A DNA stretch of 64,000 bases. Origin: an uncultured Verrucomicrobiae bacterium (GTDB taxonomy: Bacteria > Verrucomicrobiota > Verrucomicrobiia > Chthoniobacterales > JAFAMB01). Position 1 is the first letter of the stretch; each line of letters starts with the position of its first letter. The DNA lies in contig CAWBKA010000025.1 of assembly GCA_963789065.1 (NCBI GenBank), positions 89,574 through 153,573 of the forward strand, in the 5' to 3' direction. The notes below the pieces were generated by a model. It was not told the DNA's origin, ran no database searches, and saw nothing but the letters and a program-made list of their open reading frames with translations. Below are positions 19,298 to 30,043 of this stretch, in pieces. The translations under genes were made by a program, and so were the position numbers.

Positions 19298-20188
19298 TTG
19301 AAGGTGCGGATTTCCAGCTTGCCAATGAGTCGATTCAACCGGCGATTAGTCAGTGCCATAGCAATGTGGACGATCGCCCTTTTAGTCCTTTTTACCGGGA
19401 ACGAGACGATCTTCGTGCTCTTCATCGGCTCGCTTGGCTTGGCTGGGCTCTGGGAATATTTTGAAATGATCGAGCGAACCGGAATGCACTGTTTTAAAGC
19501 ATTCGGGATGGCTTGCGGAGCGGCTTCGTTCATAGGCAGTTTCCTGGCCCTGCGCACCTACAGCCAGACTGCTGCTTACGATTTCGATAATTTTGTGCTG
19601 CTGGTGTTTTTGTTCGGCGTATTCGCTCGCCAAATGTTTCGACCAGCCGGGAAAAATGCTCCGCTGGAAGCGATGGCATACACGCTCTTCGGATTGATGT
19701 ACGTAGCATGGTTGTTCAACTTTATGACCAAGATCATTTATGTGGTCCCGAGAACACCGCAAGGCGCTACGCTTGGTCAATTTTACGCTCTCTATTTGGT
19801 CGTGGTCACGAAATTCGCCGATATGGGTGCTTATCTGGTCGGGAGCCGGATCGGCCGGCATCAGATGATGCCTCACATCAGTCCCGGCAAGACCTGGGAA
19901 GGCTTTTTTGGATCGCTGGTTTTTGCGGTAGCGGCCAGTTTTCTCTTGATCATTTTGATTCCTAAACAGCTCGCCTGGTTCAATTTCTTTCACGGAACCA
20001 TACTCGGCCTTCTGATCGGACTGGCGGCGGTCGTAGGGGACCTGGGAGAATCGATTATCAAACGCAGTACCGGCGTCAAAGATTCGGGCGCGTTGCTCCC
20101 CGGCATTGGCGGAATGCTCGACCTGATCGACAGCCTGTTGTTTACTGCACCCCTACTGTTTTTTTATTTACGATTTCTAGTTCGATGA
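19298..20188 (+). CDS. cdsA: phosphatidate cytidylyltransferase
   Basis: Polytopic membrane protein with the SPGKTWEGFFGS signature. Its stop overlaps the dxr start (ATGA). The true start may be the ATG at 19325. Confidence 0.9.
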   Translation: MKVRISSLPMSRFNRRLVSAIAMWTIALLVLFTGNETIFVLFIGSLGLAGLWEYFEMIERTGMHCFKAFGMACGAASFIGSFLALRTYSQTAAYDFDNFVLLVFLFGVFARQMFRPAGKNAPLEAMAYTLFGLMYVAWLFNFMTKIIYVVPRTPQGATLGQFYALYLVVVTKFADMGAYLVGSRIGRHQMMPHISPGKTWEGFFGSLVFAVAASFLLIILIPKQLAWFNFFHGTILGLLIGLAAVVGDLGESIIKRSTGVKDSGALLPGIGGMLDLIDSLLFTAPLLFFYLRFLVR

Positions 20189-21342
20189 GAAAACGCCGAG
20201 TTATCCTCCTCGGAGCGACCGGATCGATCGGCGCAAGCGCGATCAAAGTTGCCGAGACGCTGCCGGACCGGATGGAGATTGTCGGGATGGCGGCCAAGTG
20301 CAGCTGGAAAAGGTTGGCTGAAGCTGCCAACCGATTGAGACCTGCGGCTGTCTGTATCGTTGATCCGACCTCGTCGGACGACTTGCGGCGCGCCTTAAAG
20401 TATAAACCTTCTGTATTCGTGGGCGAGGAAGGTTTGATCGAGCTCTCGACACTCGCAGAGGCTGATCTGGTCCTTGTCGCCATTGTTGGCACGGCCGGCT
20501 TGAGGCCAGCCCTGGCCGCGATCGAACGCGGCAAAGACCTCGCCGTTGCGAGCAAGGAGATCCTGGTGATGGCGGGTGAGATCGTCATGGCGCAAGCGCA
20601 TCAAAAGGGAGTGCTGGTACTACCGGTCGACAGCGAGCACAACGCAATTTTTCAGTGCCTGGAGGGGAAACAGAGCGAGCAGATAGAAAATTTGATTTTA
20701 ACCGCTTCCGGCGGTCCGTTCCGGCGACTACCTGCCGAACAACTGAACAAAGTCACCAAGGCAGATGCGCTGCAACATCCGACCTGGAAGATGGGCCAGA
20801 AAATCACTATAGATTCGGCCACCCTCTTCAATAAAGGACTCGAAATGATCGAGGCCCGTTGGCTGTTTGATGTTCCGATGAGCAAGGTGCAGGTGCTGAT
20901 TCATCCGCAGAGCATCGTCCACTCAATGGTCGAATTTGTGGACGGCTCAATCCTCGCCCAGCTGAGCCATTCCGATATGTGCTTTCCAATCCAATATGCT
21001 GTGACTTGGCCAGAGCGAGTGCCACACAGCTTAAGACCGCTCCGATTGGCAGAAGTCAGCAGGCTCGATTTTGAGGAGCCTAGATACGACACGTTTCCTG
21101 CTCTGAATCTCGCCCGAAAGGCGGGCGAAGCGGGTGGCGTTCTACCCGCGGTTTTGAACGCCGCGAATGAAGTGGCAGTCCAAGCATTCCTGGACGATCA
21201 AATTCCATTCCCGGAAATCTGGCGATTAGTGCATATTGCGATGGAACATCACGCAAATTTGGCGAGGCCCAGCCTGAATGATATAATCCGTGCGGACAGC
21301 GAAGCCCGGATATTTGTACGCAGAGCTTTAGGCAATCCTTAG
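20185..21342 (+). CDS. dxr: 1-deoxy-D-xylulose 5-phosphate reductoisomerase
   Basis: ILLGATGSIGASA NADPH-binding start, PVDSEHNAIFQCL and ASGGPFR. Confidence 0.95.
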   Translation: MRKRRVILLGATGSIGASAIKVAETLPDRMEIVGMAAKCSWKRLAEAANRLRPAAVCIVDPTSSDDLRRALKYKPSVFVGEEGLIELSTLAEADLVLVAIVGTAGLRPALAAIERGKDLAVASKEILVMAGEIVMAQAHQKGVLVLPVDSEHNAIFQCLEGKQSEQIENLILTASGGPFRRLPAEQLNKVTKADALQHPTWKMGQKITIDSATLFNKGLEMIEARWLFDVPMSKVQVLIHPQSIVHSMVEFVDGSILAQLSHSDMCFPIQYAVTWPERVPHSLRPLRLAEVSRLDFEEPRYDTFPALNLARKAGEAGGVLPAVLNAANEVAVQAFLDDQIPFPEIWRLVHIAMEHHANLARPSLNDIIRADSEARIFVRRALGNP

Positions 21343-21345
21343 TTT

Positions 21346-22992
21346 ATGATTTTGAACATCTTCCGTGTCGTCCTCACCATCGTTGAGGTCCTACTCATCT
21401 TTAACCTTCTGATCATTGTCCACGAGTTGGGCCATTTCCTGGCCGCTCGCTGGCGCGGATTGCAGGTCGACAAATTCGGGATCTGGTTCGGGCGCCCAAT
21501 TTGGAAGAAGACCGTCAAAGGTGTCGAATACAGCATCGGTTGGATTCCTGCCGGCGGTTTTGTGCTGTTGCCACAGATGGCGCCGATGGAGGCCGTCGAA
21601 GGAAAAGCCGGGACCGCTCGTGAGGACCTTCCCGCAGTCGGTCCGCTTGACAAAATAATCGTCGCCTTTGCCGGACCACTATTCAGCTTTCTCCTGGCGC
21701 TGATATTCGCGGTGATCGTTTGGGCGGTCGGCAAGCCGACCGCTGAGGCGGAGGCGACGACCACCGTGGGCTACGTCGTCCCAGACGAACCGGCCGCAAA
21801 GGCCGGATTTAGACCCGGCGACGTAATTCTGACCGTAGACGGTCACAAGGTTTCCCGTTTCGCCGGATTGGTAGACAGTATCACCTGGTATGTTGTCCGC
21901 AGCGAAGGTGAATCGATTCCGTTTGAAATTCGGCGTGGCGATCAGGTGCTGACGCTCGTCTCCGGCTATACAAGACCTGAAACCAGAGGCTGGGAAAGAA
22001 GATCGCTGCGCCAGGTAGGGATTGCGCCAGCGATTACTCCCATCGTGTTCAAGGTCGCGGAAGGCTCCATCGCGGCCCAGGCCGGGATCAAGCCAAACGA
22101 CGAGATAGTTGCTATCGGCGGCGAAAAGCTTTATCACCCGCAGCACATTCTTGAATGGGCGCAGGGTCATCCCGGCAAGCCATTACCGTTGACGGTTTTG
22201 CGAGACGGGAAGATGATCAACATCACGATGGAGCCATCGCGGCCCGTGGTGTCGGCGGTGATCAAAAACAGCCCGGCCGATGTCGCCGGCATTAAGGCCG
22301 GAGATCGAATCATGGCCCTGAACGATGATCCGATTTACGATCCGATGGAGATCTTTAAACGGGTCGAGGCGAACCCTGAGACACCATTCTCCCTAACCAT
22401 CGCGAATGGCGCGGAGTCGAGAGCCGTGCGGCTTCTCCCAGCGACACCGGACGGCCAGAACAAAGCGATTATCGGAATCGGCTTTGCACCAGACTCACAG
22501 GGCATCGTCTGGGACGGGGGTGGAAGGATGACCGTCGTTCACATCTCGCCAATCGAACAAATTTACGCAGCTGTGCAAACCATCGGCAACACGATCGGTG
22601 CCCTCTTATCTCCGCAGTCCGACATTAAACTGCAGCACATAAGCGGCCCGATCATGATTATGCAGACCTATTATCGTCTGTTTGACAGTGACTTCGGCTG
22701 GCAATTGGCACTCTGGTTTAGTGTTGTTTTCAACGTAAATCTGGCTTTGATCAATCTTCTGCCGATCCCCATCCTGGATGGTGGCCACATTGTCCTGGCA
22801 ATGATCGAAGGTATCCGACGGCGACCGATCAACATCCGGGTACTCGAGATGGTTCAGGGCGCTTGCGCTCTACTTCTGATCGGTTTCATGCTCTATGTCT
22901 CGTTTTACGACGCACAAGATCTGCCTTGGACTTCAAATCATAAAGCAAAATTCAGCGTGCCGGCGAGACCGGCTCCGCCCGAGAATCAATGA
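21346..22992 (+). CDS. rseP: RIP metalloprotease RseP (M50 site-2 protease) with multiple PDZ domains
   Basis: HELGHF zinc motif in TM1 and the C-terminal NLLPIPILDGGH. The central region carries repeated PDZ-like segments (GFRPGDVILTVDG, GIKPNDEIVAIGG, GIKAGDRIMALND). Confidence 0.9.
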   Translation: MILNIFRVVLTIVEVLLIFNLLIIVHELGHFLAARWRGLQVDKFGIWFGRPIWKKTVKGVEYSIGWIPAGGFVLLPQMAPMEAVEGKAGTAREDLPAVGPLDKIIVAFAGPLFSFLLALIFAVIVWAVGKPTAEAEATTTVGYVVPDEPAAKAGFRPGDVILTVDGHKVSRFAGLVDSITWYVVRSEGESIPFEIRRGDQVLTLVSGYTRPETRGWERRSLRQVGIAPAITPIVFKVAEGSIAAQAGIKPNDEIVAIGGEKLYHPQHILEWAQGHPGKPLPLTVLRDGKMINITMEPSRPVVSAVIKNSPADVAGIKAGDRIMALNDDPIYDPMEIFKRVEANPETPFSLTIANGAESRAVRLLPATPDGQNKAIIGIGFAPDSQGIVWDGGGRMTVVHISPIEQIYAAVQTIGNTIGALLSPQSDIKLQHISGPIMIMQTYYRLFDSDFGWQLALWFSVVFNVNLALINLLPIPILDGGHIVLAMIEGIRRRPINIRVLEMVQGACALLLIGFMLYVSFYDAQDLPWTSNHKAKFSVPARPAPPENQ

Positions 22993-24794
22993 TATACGCT
23001 CCATTTTGTGCGGATCCGTTTAATTACAGCCGCCGGTTAACCCGCGAAGTCAAAATCGGTAAAGTCGCGGTCGGCGGCTTCCATCCCATTCGGGTGCAGT
23101 CGATGATCACCTGCGACACCATGGACACGGAAGCATGCATCCGACAAACCATGGATCTGGCCGCCGTCGGCTGCGAAATTGTTCGAATCACCGCTCCGAC
23201 GATCAAGGACGCGCAGAATCTGAGAAACATTAAAAGAGGGTTGCTCGAAAGAAGCTGCGAGGTACCGATCGTTGCCGATATTCACTTCAAGCCGGAGGCA
23301 GCGATGGAGGCGGCTCTCTGGGTCGAGAAGGTGCGCATCAACCCTGGGAACTATGCCGATTCTAAAAAATTTGCGATCAAGGAATACAGTGATGACCAGT
23401 ACCATGCCGAACTCGAGCGGATCCGTGAACGATTCAACCCCCTGATTCGCCTGTGTAAAGAACGGGGCGTCAGCCTGCGCATCGGCACCAATCACGGTTC
23501 ACTGAGTGATCGGATCATGAATCGGTACGGGGATACGCCGCTCGGAATGGTCGAGAGCGCCCTGGAGTTCGCCAGGATCGCGCGTGATCTCCAATTCCAC
23601 GATCTGATCTTTTCGATGAAGGCCAGCAATCCGAAGGTGATGATTGCCGCCTACCGGTTGCTGGTGGCCCGTTTGTTCGAGGCGGGCCCGGATTGGAATT
23701 ATCCGGTTCACCTGGGAGTTACGGAAGCTGGCGACGGCGAGGATGGCCGGATTAAAAGCGCGATCGGGATTGGCTCCCTACTGGCCGATGGAATTGGCGA
23801 TACCGTTCGCGTTTCTCTAACAGAAGATAGCGTACACGAAATCCCTGTCGCCCAGGCTCTGGTTGCACCGTACGACAATCGCCCACTCGCACCCGTTGCC
23901 CGAACCGGATCGGAAGTCTCGCTTTCGTTTGACCCGTTCGCCTATGAGCGCAGAGCTTCTGCCAAAATACGGGTCAACGGGATCGACTTGGGGGGCGAGG
24001 AGACGATCCGCGTAATCGTCCGGCAATCAACGTTTGACAAGATCGCGCATAAACTCGCGAAGATGGGCGATTTCCAGCCGGAAGGTGTCCTGGAATCCGC
24101 GGAGGTGGCTGAGGTCGACCCGACAGACTCCCAGGCGATCGCCGCGCTCAACGCCTCCCACGAGGCACGTTTTGTGACAGTCAAGGACCGCGTCGATTTA
24201 CCTGTCATTACCGCCTATCGGCTGCTGGCGAACAGGCTCGACGAACGTCATCCCATTTTGTTGAAAGACACGCTCCATCCCTCCGTTGATCCCGGTCGTG
24301 CCTTCCTGGAAACCCTTCTCGAGTCGGCTACCAACCTGGGGGCCTTGCTCTGCGACGGAATTGGAGATGCTGTGCTGCTTCAGGGCGAAGAGGCACCAGG
24401 TCAGTCACTTCGTTTAGCCTATAACATCCTGCAGGGGGCCGGCGCCCGGATATTCAAAACAGACTATGTCGCGTGTCCGTCCTGCGGACGTACGCTTTTT
24501 GACCTGCAGACGACGACAGCTCGCATCAAGGCCGCCACGAATCACTTGAAGGGGGTAAAGGTCGCGATCATGGGTTGCATCGTGAATGGCCCGGGCGAAA
24601 TGGCCGATGCGGACTTCGGTTATGTCGGTGGAGCTCCCGGCAAGGTAAACTTATATGTCGGCAAGAAGGCTTTGAAGTTCAATATTCCGGAAGGGCAAGC
24701 GGTCGATCGATTGGTGGATCTCATCCGAGAACATGGCCGCTGGGTGGACCCTGTTGACACCCGGAGCCCTGTCCATGCCAGTTCGGAAATTTAG
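22989..24794 (+). CDS. ispG: 4-hydroxy-3-methylbut-2-en-1-yl diphosphate synthase, long (insertion-domain) form
   Basis: IRVQSMITCDT, RINPGN, and C-terminal CPSCGRT plus GCIVNGPGE cluster ligands. At 601 aa it exceeds the ~370 aa short enterobacterial form. Confidence 0.93.
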   Translation: MIYAPFCADPFNYSRRLTREVKIGKVAVGGFHPIRVQSMITCDTMDTEACIRQTMDLAAVGCEIVRITAPTIKDAQNLRNIKRGLLERSCEVPIVADIHFKPEAAMEAALWVEKVRINPGNYADSKKFAIKEYSDDQYHAELERIRERFNPLIRLCKERGVSLRIGTNHGSLSDRIMNRYGDTPLGMVESALEFARIARDLQFHDLIFSMKASNPKVMIAAYRLLVARLFEAGPDWNYPVHLGVTEAGDGEDGRIKSAIGIGSLLADGIGDTVRVSLTEDSVHEIPVAQALVAPYDNRPLAPVARTGSEVSLSFDPFAYERRASAKIRVNGIDLGGEETIRVIVRQSTFDKIAHKLAKMGDFQPEGVLESAEVAEVDPTDSQAIAALNASHEARFVTVKDRVDLPVITAYRLLANRLDERHPILLKDTLHPSVDPGRAFLETLLESATNLGALLCDGIGDAVLLQGEEAPGQSLRLAYNILQGAGARIFKTDYVACPSCGRTLFDLQTTTARIKAATNHLKGVKVAIMGCIVNGPGEMADADFGYVGGAPGKVNLYVGKKALKFNIPEGQAVDRLVDLIREHGRWVDPVDTRSPVHASSEI

Positions 24795-24884
24795 CCTCGC
24801 GGCCTGGAGGACCAGAACAGGATTTGCCCGCGAAACACGCGAAAGGAAGCCCCTTACCTCCGGCGTAAGTATGGATAGGAAATT

Positions 24885-25105
24885 CTCGCACGGAGGACAC
24901 GGAGATCGCGGAGGTAATTTAATTGTTGATCTCGTTAATGCCGTTCTTTAGCGGTGACTGACCACATCCATCGAACAACCCAAAATAAATTCTAATATTC
25001 TCGGAAAACCTCGGTGCCCACCGTGACTTCCGGTGCGAGGCATTCCCCTTCGGACTCTTAATTTAATGCGCTTTTGAATCAGATCCCCTTCGCGTCCATT
25101 CGCGG
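24885..25105. repeat. REP-like imperfect inverted repeat region
   Basis: ctcgcacggaggacacggag (24885..) pairs imperfectly with ctcggtgcccaccgtgacttccggtgcgag (..25040). The motif cccttcgcgtccattcgcgg (25086-25105) recurs at 40992-41011 with 19/20 identity. Confidence 0.45.
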
Positions 25106-25253
25106 TTTTCCAACCTTCCATGGCCGTAGGGCTAAAATTGTCGCGCGCTTCACGTCTACGGACTTACCGAGAGCGCGGCCGTGGCGACTACGAACACTGC
25201 CCTAACTAAACACTTATGGACGCTTTGCCTACAAGCCTTTACCGGATCAACGA

Positions 25254-26411
25254 TCAACGATGGTGTTCCGAGTGCCGGCGGAGCCAATCCAAAGGAGAGA
25301 ATTTCTTCTCTCTGCTGCGCCGTTTTGGCGAATCGGGTTTAGAGCGGGTTGAGTGCGCGTTCTTTACGCTCTTGGCGGGTTCTTTTGCGCCAACAGACGG
25401 CGCGACGACGCTGGTCGACCAGATTGACAGGCGGCCATCATCACCGACCGCCGCAATCCACTTGTTATCCGGAGACCACCCAACAGAACGAACTGGTTTG
25501 TCGTTCGTCAACAGGACGATTCGCTTTTTTCCCTTGGGGTAATCCACACAGTTGACCTGACCGTCCTCTCCGCAGGAGAGAAGCCAGTCACCCTTTGATG
25601 ACCAGGCCACTCGCCTCGCTCCTCCCAATCCGGATGGATACAGTTGGGCTTGGAAGACCCGCTCTCCAGTCGCGGCCGAGCGGACGAGAATTCGGCCATC
25701 CTGGTGAGCCGTGGCAATCCACTTGCCGGTGGGCGAATAGCGTACCCCATTCACCTCGTCCAATCCGTATCCGAAGGGAGCGGCGTAATTCGCGAGCACG
25801 TCCTGGCGACGCCATCGCAATACGCCTGACTCTGCATCAAATAAAAGCAAACGGCTACCCTCCTGACCTGTCGTGACGGCGAACAAACGGCCTTTGGGTG
25901 ACCAGTCGACGCCTAACCCATCGCCGTCAAGTTGAATAGACGCCCGCAGATAACCCTGCACGTCCCATTCCTTAGCGAGACCGGTGTAGTCGACGGCGAT
26001 AAGCGATGTGCCATCCGGATTCCAGCCGATATCCAGAATCCAGCCGCCCTGGAAAAGCTTTTTTCGCAATCCCTGGTCATCCCAGAATTGCACGGTGCCG
26101 TCTTTTCCGGCGCACGCCAGCAAGGTTCCGTCCGGCGACCAGGCCAGTGCCGAGATTTCTTCCTGGCCAGTATCGAACTCCCTTTCGATTGAGAACTTCG
26201 GCAGGCGATAGATTCGAACGGTGCCTCGCCCTCCAACAGCGAGCAATTCGCTGTTCGGAGACCAGGCCATGCTGTAGAGACCAAGATCGACCTTTTCACT
26301 CCAGTCAGGAGCCGGGGGATTTTGATTCGCTGATGGAAGAAGCTGTTGTGAGTAGGTTCGGAGGACGAAGGTGAAAGCTATCAGAACAGCGAAGATTTGC
26401 TTCCCAACCAT
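25254..26411 (-). CDS. secreted WD40/beta-propeller repeat protein
   Basis: Signal peptide MVGKQIFAVLIAFTFVL. Repeated ..WSP(D/N)G..(L/I)A.. units are typical of WD40-like blades. The C-terminal tail is basic. Confidence 0.75.
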   Translation of the reverse strand: MVGKQIFAVLIAFTFVLRTYSQQLLPSANQNPPAPDWSEKVDLGLYSMAWSPNSELLAVGGRGTVRIYRLPKFSIEREFDTGQEEISALAWSPDGTLLACAGKDGTVQFWDDQGLRKKLFQGGWILDIGWNPDGTSLIAVDYTGLAKEWDVQGYLRASIQLDGDGLGVDWSPKGRLFAVTTGQEGSRLLLFDAESGVLRWRRQDVLANYAAPFGYGLDEVNGVRYSPTGKWIATAHQDGRILVRSAATGERVFQAQLYPSGLGGARRVAWSSKGDWLLSCGEDGQVNCVDYPKGKKRIVLLTNDKPVRSVGWSPDNKWIAAVGDDGRLSIWSTSVVAPSVGAKEPAKSVKNAHSTRSKPDSPKRRSREKKFSPLDWLRRHSEHHR

Positions 26412-26481
26412 GTATTGTTTGCATGACCGGGATCGCTCACGTCCTACCCGCGAAATTCCATCCTAATTCATTAACAGGAGG

Positions 26482-28389
26482 CTAGATCTCGTACTCGGCA
26501 CCATCCAGTTGTAACCTGGGAATCAGAAAATCCAGCAATCGGCCGACAGATTCCTTCACTGATTCGCGGTCGGTGTAGATCGTGATTTCAGGATTCTCAG
26601 GGACTTCGTAAGGGGCATCAATCCCGGTGAAGTCCTTTATCTCACCTGACCGGGCTCGTTTGTAAAGTTTCTTCGGATCCCGCTGCTCGCACACGTGCAA
26701 CGGCGTTGCCACGTAAGCCTCGATGAATTCCACGTCTGCGCTCAAAATCACTTCTCGCGCCCGGGTACGATCCAACCGGTAAGGCGAGATAAAGGAAGTG
26801 ATCACGATCAGGCCGGCATCCGCCATCAGCTTTGCCACTTCGGCAACGCGCCGGATATTCTCTACTCGGTCCATCGGCGAAAATCCAAGATTGGAGTTCA
26901 AGCCGTGGCGGATGTTGTCTCCGTCCAAGACATACACCTGCATGTGGCGGCTGAATAGATTCGTCTCCAAAGCATGGGCCAAAGTCGACTTGCCCGAGCC
27001 GGACAACCCCGTAAACCAAACCACCATGCCTCTATGGGCATTCCTTTCAGTGCGAATCCGATGATCAATCGTGCCTTCGGACCAAAAGATATTCGTGCTC
27101 TGGATGGGCTCCCGATTAACGTAAGTCCCGCCGAAGATGATCCCGCCCCCGGCAACATCCTGATGATCGACGATGACGAAGCGACCAGAGGTTGCGACCT
27201 TTTCGTGGTTGTCCATCACGAGCGGCGACCGGGACTGGATCGTAACCTCCGCCACCTCGTTTTTAACCACGGAAAGCCTCAAGCCGGAGAAAGTGTCCAA
27301 AGACGTGGCGTCGATGACGCGATCGACTGACACTAGTTGGCACTCAACCTCCTGAGAAAGCAGCTTCACCCTGTATCTTTTACCGATGGAAAGAGGCTTC
27401 TCGCCCATCCAGAATAAACGCGCTCGGAAACGGTTCGTTTCGATGGGAGTCTGCGTATCGTGCGAACCGACGTGTCCTCGTTCGACGAAAATCGGGTCAG
27501 CGAGGATGATCCCGATTGACTCGCCTGCCGATGCCGAATCCCTGGCCGGCGCGTTCCATCGCTCGATCGAAGCCACACTCGAACTTTTGTTATTGGGCGA
27601 AAAAACGACGTAATCGCCGACCTGGATGGTCCCAGATTCCACTCGGCCGGCGATAATTCTGCGCTCATCAAATCGATAGACGTCCTGAACGGCGAACCGC
27701 AGCGGACCGTCAGCCTCCGCGGCAGGTGCTGGCAGCCGGTCCAACGCGCGCATCAGGGTCGGGCCGGTGTACCATTTCGCGACGCCATTGAGCGGCTCGA
27801 CCAGGTTCGCTCCGTCCCGAGCCGCAATGGGAATAAACCTGAGAGGTTGGATTCCCAGTTTCACGAGGAAATCGCGATATTCCGCCTCGATCTGCCGATA
27901 AACGGACTCGGAAAAATCCACCAGGTCCATCTTATTGATCAGGACGATGACCTGATCTACACCAAGCATGCTCAGAAGATAAGCATGGCGCTTACTTTGC
28001 TCCTGCACGCCTTCGTTCGCGGCAATCAACAGCAACGCGGCGTGCGCGTCGGCGGCGCCGGTAACCATATTTTTGAGAAACTCTTTGTGGCCCGGCGCGT
28101 CGATAATGACATATGAACGCGTCGCTGAACGAAACCAGATTTGGGAAACATCGATCGTGATATTTTGGTCTCGTTCGGCCTGCAACGCGTCCATCAGGAA
28201 TGCCCACTCAAAGGGCATTCCACGGCGCCGACAGACCGCCTGTATCTGTTCGAACTTGCCATCGGGCAGCGAGCCGGTGTCATGCAAAAGGCGGCCGACC
28301 AGGGTCGATTTTCCGTGATCGACATGGCCGACAATGACGATACGTAGCGCGTGGGCGCCCGGATTTGGCTTCGGCTCCGACGTGCTCAC
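26482..28389 (-). CDS. cysNC: bifunctional sulfate adenylyltransferase subunit 1 / adenylyl-sulfate kinase (CysN-CysC fusion)
   Basis: N-terminal GTPase motifs ([24 protein letters not shown]). The C-terminal APS kinase P-loop is [11 protein letters not shown]. 635 aa. Confidence 0.93.
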   Translation of the reverse strand: MSTSEPKPNPGAHALRIVIVGHVDHGKSTLVGRLLHDTGSLPDGKFEQIQAVCRRRGMPFEWAFLMDALQAERDQNITIDVSQIWFRSATRSYVIIDAPGHKEFLKNMVTGAADAHAALLLIAANEGVQEQSKRHAYLLSMLGVDQVIVLINKMDLVDFSESVYRQIEAEYRDFLVKLGIQPLRFIPIAARDGANLVEPLNGVAKWYTGPTLMRALDRLPAPAAEADGPLRFAVQDVYRFDERRIIAGRVESGTIQVGDYVVFSPNNKSSSVASIERWNAPARDSASAGESIGIILADPIFVERGHVGSHDTQTPIETNRFRARLFWMGEKPLSIGKRYRVKLLSQEVECQLVSVDRVIDATSLDTFSGLRLSVVKNEVAEVTIQSRSPLVMDNHEKVATSGRFVIVDHQDVAGGGIIFGGTYVNREPIQSTNIFWSEGTIDHRIRTERNAHRGMVVWFTGLSGSGKSTLAHALETNLFSRHMQVYVLDGDNIRHGLNSNLGFSPMDRVENIRRVAEVAKLMADAGLIVITSFISPYRLDRTRAREVILSADVEFIEAYVATPLHVCEQRDPKKLYKRARSGEIKDFTGIDAPYEVPENPEITIYTDRESVKESVGRLLDFLIPRLQLDGAEYEI

Positions 28390-29207
28390 ATGTACCCGCT
28401 GGCTCGCAGCCGCTCGAACGCGTCCTCCCCCTCTTGATCCTGAGCGCGCGTACTCCGCTCCGAGATCCTGGTACTTCGCAACTCCTCGATAATCTCCGGT
28501 ACCGTACCCGCGCTCGATTGGATTGGTCGGGTACAGGGTGCACAGCCCAGACTCCGATACCTCATCCCGTCCCTCGCGAAATAAAGATCAACGACCTGTA
28601 TTCTCTCCCGCTCGATATACTCCCAAACGTTTATTTCGGTCCAGTGCAGCAGCGGATGGATGCGGATGTGCGTCCCAGGATCAAAATCGGTCTTAAATTG
28701 GTCCCACAACTCAGGCGGCTGATCCTTAAAGTTCCACTCAAAGTTTTTGTCGCGTGGCGAGAAATATCTCTCCTTCGCCCGGGTTCCTTCTTCGTCGCGC
28801 CGGATGCCAACAATGACGGCCTGATAGTCTTTTTCTTCAATAATCGCCTGAAGAGCATCCTTTTTGAGAAGGCTGCAACATTCGACGCGGGTAATCTTCC
28901 CATTCGGGAATGTTTCGCCCCGCTCCAGCACTGCCCGATTTTGTCCGACGATGAGATTAATACCCCACTCTTTCACGATTCGATCCCGAAACTCGATCAT
29001 CTCCGGAATCTTGTAACTCGTGTCGACATGCACACAGGGTATCGGAATATGGCCGAAAAAGGCCTTCCGCAAAGCCAGAGCATCACTGAGGAGTCTTTGC
29101 CGATGCTCCAGAGCATCGCCAATCGCTTAAATTTGCGGTAAGCCTCCCGTGAAAATGTAAATGCTCTGGCTCTCGAGCGCATCCAGATGCGCGAATCTTG
29201 ATTCCAT
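28386..29207 (-). pseudogene. cysD: sulfate adenylyltransferase subunit 2 CysD, two frameshifts (probable assembly indels)
   Basis: The protein reads MESRFAHLDALESQSIYIF / [26 protein letters not shown] (PP-loop) / [28 protein letters not shown] across three frames. Junctions lie near 29150 (extra base) and 29065-29066 (run 2 to 3). Confidence 0.9.
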
Positions 29208-29209
29208 CT

Positions 29210-29943
29210 CTAGATGTTTTCCCCCAGAAAAGTGTGAATACCGCATTCGGTCTTGTCAAATCCGGTCCAGCGTCCGGCACGTTCATCCTGACCGGAGATC
29301 ACCGCGCTCGTACATGGGTAGCAACCGATACTGCGAAAACCGCGATCCACTAAAGGGTTATACGGAATTCCATGCAACCGGATGTAATCCCACACTTCTT
29401 CGCGAGACCATCGAGCCAGTGGATTGACCTTCAAGATGTTTTTGTCTCTGAGACGATCAAATTCATAAAGCTGCAAAATCTGCGTTTTAGATCTTCCTGC
29501 CGATTGGTCGCGACGGAGTCCGGTAATCCAGGCATCGAGTTGACGAGCTTTTTCTGGAGTGGCTCGACCTTGCGCAACGTGCAGCACAAATCCGGATTGC
29601 TCGTCCAGAGTTCGGGAGCGATCTGCTGGGCCTGTTGCTGCACGCTGAGTTCGGGCAGCAACGCCTCAATCGAAATTCCAAAAAAGCTTTCGAGGCGGGC
29701 TTTGAATTCCAGCGTTTCCGGAAAAAGCAATCCGGTATCGATCGTGAAGACCGGCACGGGTAATCCGGCGGACAGGGCCTGGTGGATCGTGACCAGCCCT
29801 GCCCCTTGAAAGCTGGTCCCAATCGCGGCCTGAGTACCGAATTCGTCGAAGGCCCACTGGAGGACCTCGGTCGCTGAGGCTGATTCAAACTCTGCGGAAA
29901 GAGAACGAATTTCCGCAGGATTCGAAGTTAAGGCGATTGGCAT
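29210..29943 (-). pseudogene. cysH: phosphoadenosine/adenosine 5'-phosphosulfate reductase CysH, one frameshift (probable assembly indel)
   Basis: The protein reads ..CCTLRKVEPLQKK / ARQLDAWITGLRRDQS..SIGCYPCT across two frames. The junction is restored by lengthening the 5-nt run at 29549-29553 to 6. The stop lies 2 nt before the cysD start. Confidence 0.88.
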
Positions 29944-30043
29944 TTGAACTACTTCTCTATATACAAATAGGGAATTATCAAGAGGTTTGTGCCGGTTTTC
30001 CGGGCGCACAAGCCCGCAGCCTCCTTCCGCCCCCTCTTCAAAA

